A stretch of 46,418 nt of DNA from Myxococcales bacterium (GTDB taxonomy: Bacteria > Myxococcota_A > Polyangia > DRWM01 > JAAZOP01). Location: assembly GCA_012797735.1 (NCBI GenBank), contig JAAZOP010000066.1, positions 1 through 46,418 of the forward strand, written 5' to 3'. This document shows positions 1 through 9,681 of the stretch, piece after piece. The notes beneath the pieces are model-generated. The model did no database searches and had not been told where the DNA came from. It saw nothing but the letters and a program-made list of their open reading frames with translations. The position numbers and the translations under genes are program-made. Numbering within the stretch: the stretch's first letter is position 1; each line of letters begins with the position of its first letter.

Positions 1-738
1 CCAGCCGGCGAGCCGCTCGCCGGCCAGCTCCGCGGCCGTCCCCGCCGCGCGGTACGCCTCGACCCGGGCCCACGACGTGCCGCCCGCGCCCGCCGTCTCG
101 ACGCCGGCCAGCGGCAGTCGGGCGAGCTGGCGGGCGGTGACCCGCGAGATGCCGGCGCCCGTCTCCTTGACCAGGCACGGCGCGCCGACCCGGGGGATCG
201 CGGTCCGCAGCGCGTCGAAGACGCCGCGGAAGCAGGTGTCCCCCTCCGGCTGCAACGCTTCCTGGAGCGGATTGAGGTGGAACGCCAGCGCGTCGGCCCC
301 GACCGCGCGGACCGCTCGGGCGAGCTGAGCGCCGGTGACGCCGCGCCGGAGCTGCACCGCCCCGATGTTCCCGATCAACAGCGGCAGGTCCGGAGCCTCG
401 TCGCGCACCGCGTACCCGGCGGCGAGGCGTGGATCCTCGAGCATGGCGCGTTGCGAGCCGAGCGCGAGGCCGAGGCCGAGGCGGGCGGCGGCCCGGGCCA
501 GGCGTGCGTTGAGCCGCGCCGCCCGCGGCGTCCCCCCCGTCATCGCGCCGACCAGCAGCGGGGCGCGCAGGCGCTTCCCCAGCACCGTCGTCGAAAGGTC
601 GACCTCATCGAGGTCGATCTCCGGCAGCGCCCCGTGCCCGAAGCGCACCGCCTCGAGCCCCGTCGCGACGGTGGAGCGGACGTCCCGGCGCAGGCAGATC
701 TCGATGTGCTCGTCCTTTCGGCGACGCGTCTGGCGCAT
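1..738 (-). CDS. fni: type 2 (FMN-dependent) isopentenyl-diphosphate delta-isomerase; C-terminal part lies beyond the window start
   Basis: Absent from the ORF track because it is open at the window edge. Reverse-strand translation from the ATG at 738-736 reads MRQTRRRKDEHIEICL...APLLVGAMTGG...LGSQRAML...FHLNPLQEALQPEGD...CLVKETGAGIS...TAGAGGTSWA, the IDI-2 motif series. The frame stays open to base 1. Confidence 0.85.
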   Translation of the reverse strand, partial: MRQTRRRKDEHIEICLRRDVRSTVATGLEAVRFGHGALPEIDLDEVDLSTTVLGKRLRAPLLVGAMTGGTPRAARLNARLARAAARLGLGLALGSQRAMLEDPRLAAGYAVRDEAPDLPLLIGNIGAVQLRRGVTGAQLARAVRAVGADALAFHLNPLQEALQPEGDTCFRGVFDALRTAIPRVGAPCLVKETGAGISRVTARQLARLPLAGVETAGAGGTSWARVEAYRAAGTAAELAGERLAGW

Positions 739-890
739 CCGTCCATCCTCCCGTCCGCGGCGATCGGCCGCTTGCCGCCGGTCCGCGGGCGGGTAGACTA
801 GCGCACGCCCCGGGGAGCGGGGAAGGGCGGGCCGCCGCCGCGCGTGCGGGTTCGTGCGGTCGCGCACGCGAACCCGGGGCCGGGAGGAGC

Positions 891-1670
891 GTGGAGATGC
901 CGCGTCCCGGCGAGAACGGCCTGCGCGTCGAGCGTCGCGGGGGGGTGTTGCGCCTGACGTTGGCGCGTCCCGAGCGCCGCAACGCCTTCGACGGCGCGCT
1001 GCTCGACGCGCTGGAAGACGCCCTGCGGACGCTCGAGCCGGGCGAGCGCGCGGTGCTGCTGGCCGGGGAGGGCGACGCCTTCTGCGCGGGCGCCGACCTG
1101 CGGTGGTTCGCCGGGGCGGACGACGACCGCGCCGAGCGGCGCGGGGAGGCGCTGCGGGTTTCCCGCGCCTTCGCCGCCCTCGACGCCCTGCCCGTGCCGC
1201 TCGTCGTCCGGATCCACGGCGCCGCCGTCGGCGGCGGCGTCGGTCTGGCGGCCCTGGCGGACGTCGCGATCGCCGCCGAGGACGCGACGTTCCAGCTCGC
1301 CGAGGTGCGCGTGGGGCTCGTGCCCGCGATGGTCGCGCCCTACGTCGTCCGGCGGATCGGCCCGGCGCGCACGCGCGCGTGGGCGATGTCGGGCGAGCGG
1401 ATCGGGGCGGCGCGCGCGGCCGACTGGGGCCTGGTCGATCTCGTCGTCTCGCCCGCGCGACTGGACGCCGTCGTGGAGGAGCGGCTGGAGGCGCTGCGGG
1501 CGGGCGAGCCGGGCGCGGTGCGCGCGATCAAGGCGTTCCTGCGCGGCGTCGAGGGGCGCCCGGCGGCGGACGCCGCGGACGCGGCGGTGCGGGCGATCTC
1601 CGCGCGGCTGGCCGACCCGGAAGCGCGCCGCCGCATCCGGGCGTTCCTGGACCGCGACGGCCGCGGCTGA
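891..1670 (+). CDS. enoyl-CoA hydratase/isomerase (crotonase) family protein
   Basis: Track ORF starts at GTG 891. The ATG at 897 sits about 8 nt after GGGAGGAG and may be the real start. Crotonase hallmarks: RPERRNAF, LLAGEGDAFCAGADL (oxyanion-hole segment), HGAAVGGGVGLA. Confidence 0.85.
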   Translation: MEMPRPGENGLRVERRGGVLRLTLARPERRNAFDGALLDALEDALRTLEPGERAVLLAGEGDAFCAGADLRWFAGADDDRAERRGEALRVSRAFAALDALPVPLVVRIHGAAVGGGVGLAALADVAIAAEDATFQLAEVRVGLVPAMVAPYVVRRIGPARTRAWAMSGERIGAARAADWGLVDLVVSPARLDAVVEERLEALRAGEPGAVRAIKAFLRGVEGRPAADAADAAVRAISARLADPEARRRIRAFLDRDGRG

Positions 1671-1706
1671 CGACGACCTCCCGCCGCCACGCCTCTTCCG
1701 CACGGC

Positions 1707-3140
<1,434 letters not shown>

Positions 3141-3150
3141 CGGACGCCGC

Positions 3151-3900
3151 TCAGTGCGCGTGCGGGACGAGCACGCGCAGCGCGAGCAGCACCCCTGCCC
3201 CGAGCAGGAACGCCCCGAAGTGGATCACGTTCCGCCGGGCGTCCCGGTTCCGGTTGACCTCCGGCACCAGGTCCGAGGCGGCGATGTAGACGAAGTTGCC
3301 CGCCGCGAACGCGACGATCGCCGACGTGTCCAGCCCTCGCGCGCCGAACCACGTCGCCAGGCCGCCGGCCAGGAAGGTCGACTGCGAGGCGACGGTCCAC
3401 AGCAGCGCCTTGCGACGGCTCCACCCGGAGTGGATCAGCACGGCGAAGTTCCCCAGCTCCTGCGGCAGCTCGTGGGCCGCCGCCGCCAGCCACGTCACGA
3501 CCCCCAGCCGCACATCGATCAGGAACGTCCCGGCGATCGCCAGTCCGCCGAGGAAGTTGTGGATGGCGTCGCCGAGCAGGATCAGCGGGGGCAGCGTCGC
3601 GTGACAGTCCGCCGTCTCGTGGTGGCAGTGGTGCCAGTGCAGGAACTGCTCGACCCCCAGGAACACCGTGAACCCGGCGACCATCCAGACGAACGGACCG
3701 GCGCCGTGCCCCGTCTCGTGCAGCGCCGCCGGCAGCATGTGGAAGAAGGCGCCGCCCAGCAGCGAACCCGCCGAGAACGCCACCAGCGGCAGCGCGACCC
3801 GCCGCAGCGTCTCGTCCGGCACCAGGAACGAGACCGCGCCGACGAGCGCGACGGCGGTCATCAGCACGCCGCCGCCGAGGATCCACAGCAACTGCTCCAC
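3151..3900 (-). CDS. ZIP family divalent metal (zinc-type) transporter
   Basis: Polytopic hydrophobic profile. ZIP/GufA-type motifs HNFLGGLAIAG and AAAHELPQELGNFAVL. His/Cys-rich loop HWHHCHHETADCH. Confidence 0.85.
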   Translation of the reverse strand: MEQLLWILGGGVLMTAVALVGAVSFLVPDETLRRVALPLVAFSAGSLLGGAFFHMLPAALHETGHGAGPFVWMVAGFTVFLGVEQFLHWHHCHHETADCHATLPPLILLGDAIHNFLGGLAIAGTFLIDVRLGVVTWLAAAAHELPQELGNFAVLIHSGWSRRKALLWTVASQSTFLAGGLATWFGARGLDTSAIVAFAAGNFVYIAASDLVPEVNRNRDARRNVIHFGAFLLGAGVLLALRVLVPHAH

Positions 3901-4337
3901 GCCCTCCGCCTCCCGTTCGCGGCGCCGCGCAACCTAACGCATCCGCCCCGCCGCGCCAAGTCGGCCCGCGTCCCTCCCCAGGGTGTCGCCGAAGTCCGCA
4001 TCGCCGGCCGGCGCGAGGCTTCCGGCCCCAGACTTCAGGCTCCAGGAGCGACATGGCGATCGTGATTCCGCCGGCCTGCGGCCCCGAGCCCGGAGACTGG
4101 AGCCGGTCAGGCATTGGCGGCGGCGACTTTGGCGAGGCCCCGCGCCCCTCCCGGCCGCGGCGAGCCGTTCGCGGACGCCTCGGCGGCCGTGCGCCCGCAC
4201 GGGTGGGGCTTCCGCGAGGTTCTTCGGCTCCTCGGCCGACCGTCCCGTGTTGCTTCCCCGCCGATGGCCCGGCGCCGGCGCCTCGGTGCCAGGGCATCCG
4301 CCTTGACACCCGGGTTCCGGGGGACCACCCTTCGACC

Positions 4338-5570
4338 GTGACGTTGCGGGGCCATCGGCGCGGGTTCCGCCGGCTCGTTGCGCGGTTCGTGCTGTTCGGC
4401 GCGATCGTCCCGGCCGTCGTGCCGTTCGCCTCCGGCTGCCGGGGCGGCGAGCGCGGCGGGGCGGCGCCGGCCCGGTCGCCGGCGGCGCGGGAGGTGATCG
4501 ATTCCCACGTCCACATCACCCCGTCGATGGTCGCGCTGGCGACGGCGCTCCAGGTCTTCGAGCGGGCGGGGATCGGGCGATTCGTGGTGAAGAGCGCCGG
4601 GGCCGTCGGCAGTCCCCGCTACCGGGCGACCCTCGCCCTCCAGCGCGTGCTGGGCGACCGGATGCGCGCCTTCGCCCAGCTCGACTGGGACGGGATCGAT
4701 GACCCCGACTTCGCGCGCAAGCAGGTGCCGAACCTCGAGCGGATGCGGCGCGACGGGATCGTCGGCATCAAGATCTTCAAGAACCTGGGGCTCGGCCTGC
4801 GCACCGCCGACGGCAAGCTGGTGCCGCCCGACGACCCGCGGCTCGACGAGATCTTCGAGGCGTGCGGCCGGCTCGGCCTGATCGTCGCCTGGCACGTCGC
4901 CGACCCGGTGAAGTTCTTCGACCCGCCGACCCCGGACAACGAACGGTGGGACGAGTTGCAGCTCGCGCCGGGCTGGAGCTTCCACGGCGGCGACTTCCCC
5001 TCGCACGCCGAGCTGATGGCGGCGCAGGAGCGGCGGATCGCCCGGCATCCGAAGACCACCTTCCTCCTGATCCACTTCGCGAACTACGCCGAGAACCTCG
5101 ACTACGTCGAGCACATCCTCGACACCTACCCCAACGTCTACACCGACACCTCGGCCCGCGTGCCGGAGATCGGCCGGCACCCGCCGGAGCGGGTGCGCGC
5201 GCTGTTCGTCCGGCACCAGGACCGCATCCTGTTCGGCTCCGACTTCATCGTCGAAGGCGACGGATCGATGCAGCTCGGCTCGGCCTGGCACGTCCCCGAC
5301 GCCCTCCCGGGGCTCGACGACGCGGTCGAGTTCTACGCCCGCCACTGGCGTTTCTTCGAAACGACGGAGAAGCAGATCGAGCACCCGACCCCGATCCAGG
5401 GACGGTGGAAGGTCGATGCGATCGGCCTGCCGCCCGAGGTGCTGCGCAAGTTCTACGTCACGAACGCCGAGCGGCTGCTGTTCCGCGAGCCGCTCCCCGC
5501 CGTGTTCGACCCGCTGGAGGGGATGGTCGTGCGGCGCCGGCCGCCCTCGCAGGGTCCCGCGGAGCCGTAG
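4338..5570 (+). CDS. amidohydrolase-family (TIM-barrel metal-dependent hydrolase) protein, probably exported or a lipoprotein
   Basis: Track ORF is 4053..5570, but its first ~95 codons are Arg/Pro/Gly filler. The in-frame GTG at 4338 gives MTLRGHRRGFRRLVARFVLFGAIVPAVVPFASGC (signal peptide with lipobox-like ASGC). Body has VIDSHVHI (HxH metal site), IVAWHVADP and ILFGSDF. Start codon choice is uncertain. Confidence 0.75.
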   Translation: MTLRGHRRGFRRLVARFVLFGAIVPAVVPFASGCRGGERGGAAPARSPAAREVIDSHVHITPSMVALATALQVFERAGIGRFVVKSAGAVGSPRYRATLALQRVLGDRMRAFAQLDWDGIDDPDFARKQVPNLERMRRDGIVGIKIFKNLGLGLRTADGKLVPPDDPRLDEIFEACGRLGLIVAWHVADPVKFFDPPTPDNERWDELQLAPGWSFHGGDFPSHAELMAAQERRIARHPKTTFLLIHFANYAENLDYVEHILDTYPNVYTDTSARVPEIGRHPPERVRALFVRHQDRILFGSDFIVEGDGSMQLGSAWHVPDALPGLDDAVEFYARHWRFFETTEKQIEHPTPIQGRWKVDAIGLPPEVLRKFYVTNAERLLFREPLPAVFDPLEGMVVRRRPPSQGPAEP

Positions 5571-5621
5571 CGTCGTCCCGGCGCCGGGCGTTCGTTCCGC
5601 GCCCGGCGCCGCGGCGGATGG

Positions 5622-6977
5622 TCAGCGCCGCCGCCCGGCGGGCTTCCGCCCGGGGCGGGTCTTCGGCTTGCGGGCGGGTCCGGCGGCGCGGCGTGGGCCG
5701 CGCTTCGCTGCGGTGCGGGTCTTCGGTTTCGTCCCCGGGACGGGTGCGAGCGAAGGCCGGGGTCGCGCGGCGAGGTCGCGCAGCGCCGCTCCCAGGTCCG
5801 CGACCGCCGCATCGATCGATGCGTCGTCGGACTGCGAGAACGAGAGCCGGATCGTGTTCCGTCCCGACCCGTCGCAGTGGAACGGGCGGCCCGGCACGAA
5901 CGCGACCTTGCGCCGCAGCGCCTCCTGGAGGAGGGCCTCGCCGTCGAGGTCGTCGGGGAGGGTGATCCAGACGAAGAAGCCGCCGGTCGCGCGGTTCCAC
6001 CGCGCGGTCCGCGGAAAGTGGCGATCGAGCGCCTCGAGCATCCGGTCGCGCTTGGCGCGGTAGTGCACGCGGAGCCGCTCGAGGTACGGTTCGAACAGGC
6101 CCCGCCGGAAGAACCCGAGCACGACCTGTTGCGCCAGGTTGCCCGAACAGGAGTCGCGGTACTGCTTGATCACGCCCAGTTGGCGGATGACCGGCGGCGC
6201 GGCGGCGACCCAGGCCATCCGCAGCCCCGGGGAGATCGTCTTGGAGAACGAGCGGGCCAGAATGACGCGGCCGGCGGTGTCGAGCGCGGCGAGCGACGGA
6301 AGCGGCGCACCATCGTAGCGCAACGCGCCGTACGGGTCGTCCTCGAGGATGACGAAGCCGTAGCGGTCCGCCAACTCGACCAGCGCGCGCCGCCGCTCGA
6401 GCGGCAGCACCGAGCCGTCGGGGTTCTGGAAGTTGGGAATCACGTACACCACGCGCGCCGGACGCCGGCGGGCGGCGAGCGTCCTGAGGCGCCGGTGCAG
6501 AGCGTCCGGATCGATCCCCTCGGCATCGACGGGTACGCCGACCACCTCGGCGCCCACCGTGGCGAAGGCCCCGGTGCCTCCCATGTACGTCGGGCAGCCG
6601 ACGATCGCCACGTCGCCGGGATCGAGGAACGCTGCCGCGGTGAGGTCCATCGCCTGCTGGGACCCGTGCGTCAGCATCAGGTGGTCCACCGTCAGCCGGA
6701 GACCTTCGCGCGCCGCCTCGCGGGCCAGGATCTCCCGGAGCTCGATCAGACCCTCGGTGACGCCGTACTGGAGGGCCTGGTGCCCGTGGCGCGGAAGGTC
6801 CTCGTCCAGGATCCGCCGCACGTCATCGGTCGGAAACACCGCCGGGTCGGGCCAGCCGCCGGCGAGCGACCGGAGGTCCGGCTGCGCGACGAGCCGGCAG
6901 ATCTCCCGGATCGCCGACGGCGGCAGCCGTTCGAGGTGTGGAGCGAAACGCAACGGCCTCGTCTCCGTGTCGCTCAT
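5622..6977 (-). CDS. PLP-dependent aminotransferase, class I/II (2-aminoadipate/MocR-like) with Lys/Arg/Pro-rich C-terminal tail
   Basis: YVIPNFQNPDG, SFSKTISPGLRMAW (PLP-lysine motif) and GGFFVWITLP are typical of fold-type I aminotransferases. The last ~47 residues are a basic low-complexity tail. Confidence 0.85.
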   Translation of the reverse strand: MSDTETRPLRFAPHLERLPPSAIREICRLVAQPDLRSLAGGWPDPAVFPTDDVRRILDEDLPRHGHQALQYGVTEGLIELREILAREAAREGLRLTVDHLMLTHGSQQAMDLTAAAFLDPGDVAIVGCPTYMGGTGAFATVGAEVVGVPVDAEGIDPDALHRRLRTLAARRRPARVVYVIPNFQNPDGSVLPLERRRALVELADRYGFVILEDDPYGALRYDGAPLPSLAALDTAGRVILARSFSKTISPGLRMAWVAAAPPVIRQLGVIKQYRDSCSGNLAQQVVLGFFRRGLFEPYLERLRVHYRAKRDRMLEALDRHFPRTARWNRATGGFFVWITLPDDLDGEALLQEALRRKVAFVPGRPFHCDGSGRNTIRLSFSQSDDASIDAAVADLGAALRDLAARPRPSLAPVPGTKPKTRTAAKRGPRRAAGPARKPKTRPGRKPAGRRR

Positions 6978-6978
6978 C

Positions 6979-7494
6979 TCATCCGTCCTCCAGCGTGAAC
7001 TCCCACGCGCAATACCAGTCGTCCGGGTGCGGGTCCGGGGGACAGCCGAGACACCGCGTGCGGATGCGCGGATCGACCGCGCGGGCGAACTCGGTGTACT
7101 CGGCGAGGCCGGCCTCCTTGCACGGGTAGTCGGGCAGCCCCTTGCGCTTGCGCGTCGTCTGCACCCGGCACTCGTTCATGCGGAAGATCAGGCGGCGCTC
7201 GCCCTCGCGCACCGTCTGCTGCTTGTTGATCGCGGCGTAGAGGCGGAACCCGAGCGCCTCTTCGAGGGCGTCGAGTCCCTGGCCCGGCTTGCGCCCCAGG
7301 AACTCCAGCACCCGGCGCGCCTCGGCCGGCGAGAACCGTTCCCAGGCGCGGTTGTTGTACTTGCGCGCCGTCGGCTGGCCGAGATCCTCCTCGATGCCGA
7401 GGAACCAGCAGCCGTCGTGGGCGAGCCAGTTCTGCGCGTAGACGCGGAGCAGTTGCAGGAGCCGTTCGCGGTCGAGGTCTTCGATCCGGCGCAC
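6979..7494 (-). CDS. DUF6125-like protein of unknown function
   Basis: GTG start preceded by GAAGGAGAGG. Its stop lies 1 nt upstream of the aminotransferase ATG, suggesting an operon. NWLAHDGCWF...RLIFRMNECRVQ...RCLGCPPDPHPDDWYCAWEFTLE matches my recollection of the DUF6125 family. Confidence 0.7.
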   Translation of the reverse strand: MRRIEDLDRERLLQLLRVYAQNWLAHDGCWFLGIEEDLGQPTARKYNNRAWERFSPAEARRVLEFLGRKPGQGLDALEEALGFRLYAAINKQQTVREGERRLIFRMNECRVQTTRKRKGLPDYPCKEAGLAEYTEFARAVDPRIRTRCLGCPPDPHPDDWYCAWEFTLEDG

Positions 7495-7649
7495 CCCTCA
7501 CCTCTCCTTCGAGGAAGCCGCGGCGCCCGGCCGCACCGCGAGACTTCCGACCATGCTACACAACCCGCACCGGCGCGTCCAGGCGGCGTCCTTGCCGGCC
7601 CCGGGTTTCCCGCCGCCGGTCTCCGATTGGCGGACGTCGTCGCCGGGCC

Positions 7650-8954
7650 TCATCGGTCGGCCGTCGCCGTCGCCCCCGGCGCGACGAACCGCCGGGTCAC
7701 TTCCGGCGGCAGTTGGCCGGGGTACACCTTCCCCTCGAAGAGGAAGGTCGGGGTGCCGCGAATCTGCAACGCCCGGGCCGCCTCGATGTCCGCCGCCACG
7801 ACCTGCCGCCCGCGGCCCGCTTCGAGACACTCCGCGAAGCGCCGTTCGTCCAGATCGGCGGCCGCGGCCACGTCCCGCGGCTCGATCGGTTCGCGACGAC
7901 GTCCCTGCTGGAACAGGAAGTCGTTGGCCGCCCAGAACTTCCCCTGCTCGTCGGCGCACGCCGCGAACTCCGCGTAGCGGCACGACCAGCGGTGGAACGG
8001 GCGGTCCACGTCGGGATGGCAGGCCTGGTCGAGCGGCAGGTGGCGGTGCACGACCTGGAGCCGCCCCGCGGCCTGCTGGACGAGCCGGCGCAACTCCTCG
8101 TGGCGACGGCCGCAGTACGGGCACTGGTAGTCGCTGAACTCCACCAGCACGAGGTCCGGATCGGCGGCACCGATCCAGGGATGGCCGTCCGCGGTGTGTC
8201 CGGTCGGCAGGCCGGCGTACGGAAGATCGAGCTTCGACTCCCAGTAGGCCGGCACCGCGGCGCGGACCGCGACGACCGTGCCCAGCGCGACCAGCGCCGC
8301 CGTCGCGGTCGCCGCCGGTCGCGCCGCCAATCCGCGGAGGTCGGCCGCCAGCGGCCGGTGCCCGGCGGCGCGCGCCCGGCGGCACGCCCCCAGCCCGACC
8401 CCCAGAATCGCGAAGTTCAGGACGTAGCTGCACAGGCACAGGATGCACAGGGACTCGATGTACAGGACGGAGATCGTACCCAGGACCGCGCTGACCACCG
8501 ACATCGCGGCGCCCAGGACGAGGAGCAGGCCGCAGGGCCAGGCCGGGTGGGGACGGCGGCGCACGAGGCCCCACCCGGCGAGCCCCGCCACCAGCGCGTA
8601 GCCGAACAGGCCCCAGACCGAAACCGGCAGACCGAGGAACACGGACCAGGGGCTGGCCGCCACCGTCTCGCAGTTCACCTGCTTGCTCAGCGCGCAGAAC
8701 GAGTGGAACGCGGGGTTGGTGTGGGTCTGCACATGGATCCGGGTCAACTCGACCGAGACGCCGAGCCCGGCCAGCGCCAGCACCAGCAGCGCGAGAAACG
8801 ACCAGCGCAGGGGCTTCGCCGGCGCCGCCGTCGCCCCCGCCGCGGGGATCGCCGGCTCGACCGTCCCGGTCGTGACGCCCGTCTCGGGGGTCGCCGGCGC
8901 CGTCGCGACGGGACGGTCGCCTCCTTCGCAGTCCTTCGCCTTCGCCTCGCCCAT
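7650..8954 (-). CDS. vitamin K epoxide reductase (VKOR) domain fused to DsbA-like thioredoxin-fold oxidoreductase
   Basis: N-terminal membrane domain with loop Cys pair (FCALSKQVNC) and membrane CxxC (CILC). C-terminal soluble domain with the DsbA-type active site FSDYQCPYC and ...IRGTPTFLF. Confidence 0.85.
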   Translation of the reverse strand: MGEAKAKDCEGGDRPVATAPATPETGVTTGTVEPAIPAAGATAAPAKPLRWSFLALLVLALAGLGVSVELTRIHVQTHTNPAFHSFCALSKQVNCETVAASPWSVFLGLPVSVWGLFGYALVAGLAGWGLVRRRPHPAWPCGLLLVLGAAMSVVSAVLGTISVLYIESLCILCLCSYVLNFAILGVGLGACRRARAAGHRPLAADLRGLAARPAATATAALVALGTVVAVRAAVPAYWESKLDLPYAGLPTGHTADGHPWIGAADPDLVLVEFSDYQCPYCGRRHEELRRLVQQAAGRLQVVHRHLPLDQACHPDVDRPFHRWSCRYAEFAACADEQGKFWAANDFLFQQGRRREPIEPRDVAAAADLDERRFAECLEAGRGRQVVAADIEAARALQIRGTPTFLFEGKVYPGQLPPEVTRRFVAPGATATADR

Positions 8955-9104
8955 CTCTCGTCCTTCCGCCCGCCGCCCGGCGGTGTTTCGCCCGCCCCGG
9001 CGTCCCCGGCGGGAACCGCCGGAGCAACGAGCGTGCCAGTGCGCGGTTCGCGCTGCAACCCGCCGGCGGGCGCCTTTCGCGCCGCGCGAGGGGACCGCAG
9101 CCTC

Positions 9105-9148
9105 GTTCCATGTGGAGCATCATGTTCCATTCGTTCCATGGATGGAAC
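9105..9148. promoter_or_regulatory. candidate operator/UAS: three direct GTTCCAT heptamers plus one inverted copy (GTTCCAT-GG-ATGGAAC)
   Basis: GTTCCAT at 9105-9111, 9124-9130 and 9133-9139; inverted ATGGAAC at 9142-9148. This is a locally AT-richer island in the divergent intergenic region between the VKOR-DsbA gene and the NifX-like operon. The track ORF start at 9110 reads through it and is probably spurious. Confidence 0.4.
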
Positions 9149-9213
9149 ACTCGGCTCTTTCGGGGTCGAGCGCGTTTCCACGGAAATCGTCGCGGCGGCT
9201 CGGGCTGCGGCGA

Positions 9214-9229
9214 TGGCACGCTTCTGGCT
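9214..9229 (+). promoter_or_regulatory. candidate sigma-54 (-24/-12) promoter element
   Basis: TGGCAC-GCTTC-TGGCT versus consensus TGGCAC-N5-TTGCW; GG and GC have correct spacing. Caveat: the predicted transcript start (~9240) is only ~5 nt before the ATG at 9245, leaving no room for a Shine-Dalgarno site. Confidence 0.3.
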
Positions 9230-9244
9230 CGGGTCACCGACCCG

Positions 9245-9643
9245 ATGCGCGTGGCCCTGCCGTTGTTCGGAACGGATCTCTCTCCGCGCTTCTGTTTTGC
9301 GGCCGAGGTGCTGATCGTGACGCAGGACCGGCCGGACGGGGTCGAGACGCGGCCGCGGGAGACGTTGGTGCTGGAGGGGTTGGGGTGGCCCGATCGGCTG
9401 CGCCGGCTGGCCGAGCGGCGGGTCGACATCCTGCTGTGCGGCGGTTTTCCGCGCATCTTCCGGGCGCAGGCGGAGGCGTTGGGGATCCGGGTCGAGGTGG
9501 GGTTGGGGGGGGAGGTGGAGCGGGTGCTGGACGCGTTCCGCCGGAACGCGCTGCACGAGGTGAGGATCGGCGGTCGGCCGCGCGGGTGCCGGCGAACCGC
9601 GCGCCGCGGCCGGGCCGGCACGGGCCGGTCCGCCGCGTCTTGA
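9245..9643 (+). CDS. NifX/NifB-C-terminal-type (dinitrogenase FeMo-cofactor-binding fold) family protein
   Basis: In-frame ATG at 9245 gives MRVALPLFGTDLSPRFCFAAEVLIVTQ...DILLCGGFPRIFRAQAEALGIRV, the layout of small NifX/NifB-like proteins. The HFG motif is degenerate (PRFCFA). Arg-rich tail. Confidence 0.65.
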   Translation: MRVALPLFGTDLSPRFCFAAEVLIVTQDRPDGVETRPRETLVLEGLGWPDRLRRLAERRVDILLCGGFPRIFRAQAEALGIRVEVGLGGEVERVLDAFRRNALHEVRIGGRPRGCRRTARRGRAGTGRSAAS

Positions 9644-9681
9644 GCCGCCGCGGTGGGGCGGGGGTTGGAAGAGAGGGAATC

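Noticed and set aside
847-876. Imperfect inverted repeat CGGGTTCGTGCG-GTCG-CGCACGCGAACCCG just upstream of the crotonase start, considered as an operator or 5'-UTR structure.
   Set aside because: It is a bulged, purely GC-rich palindrome of a kind expected by chance in this composition. There is no second copy or associated regulator to support a function.
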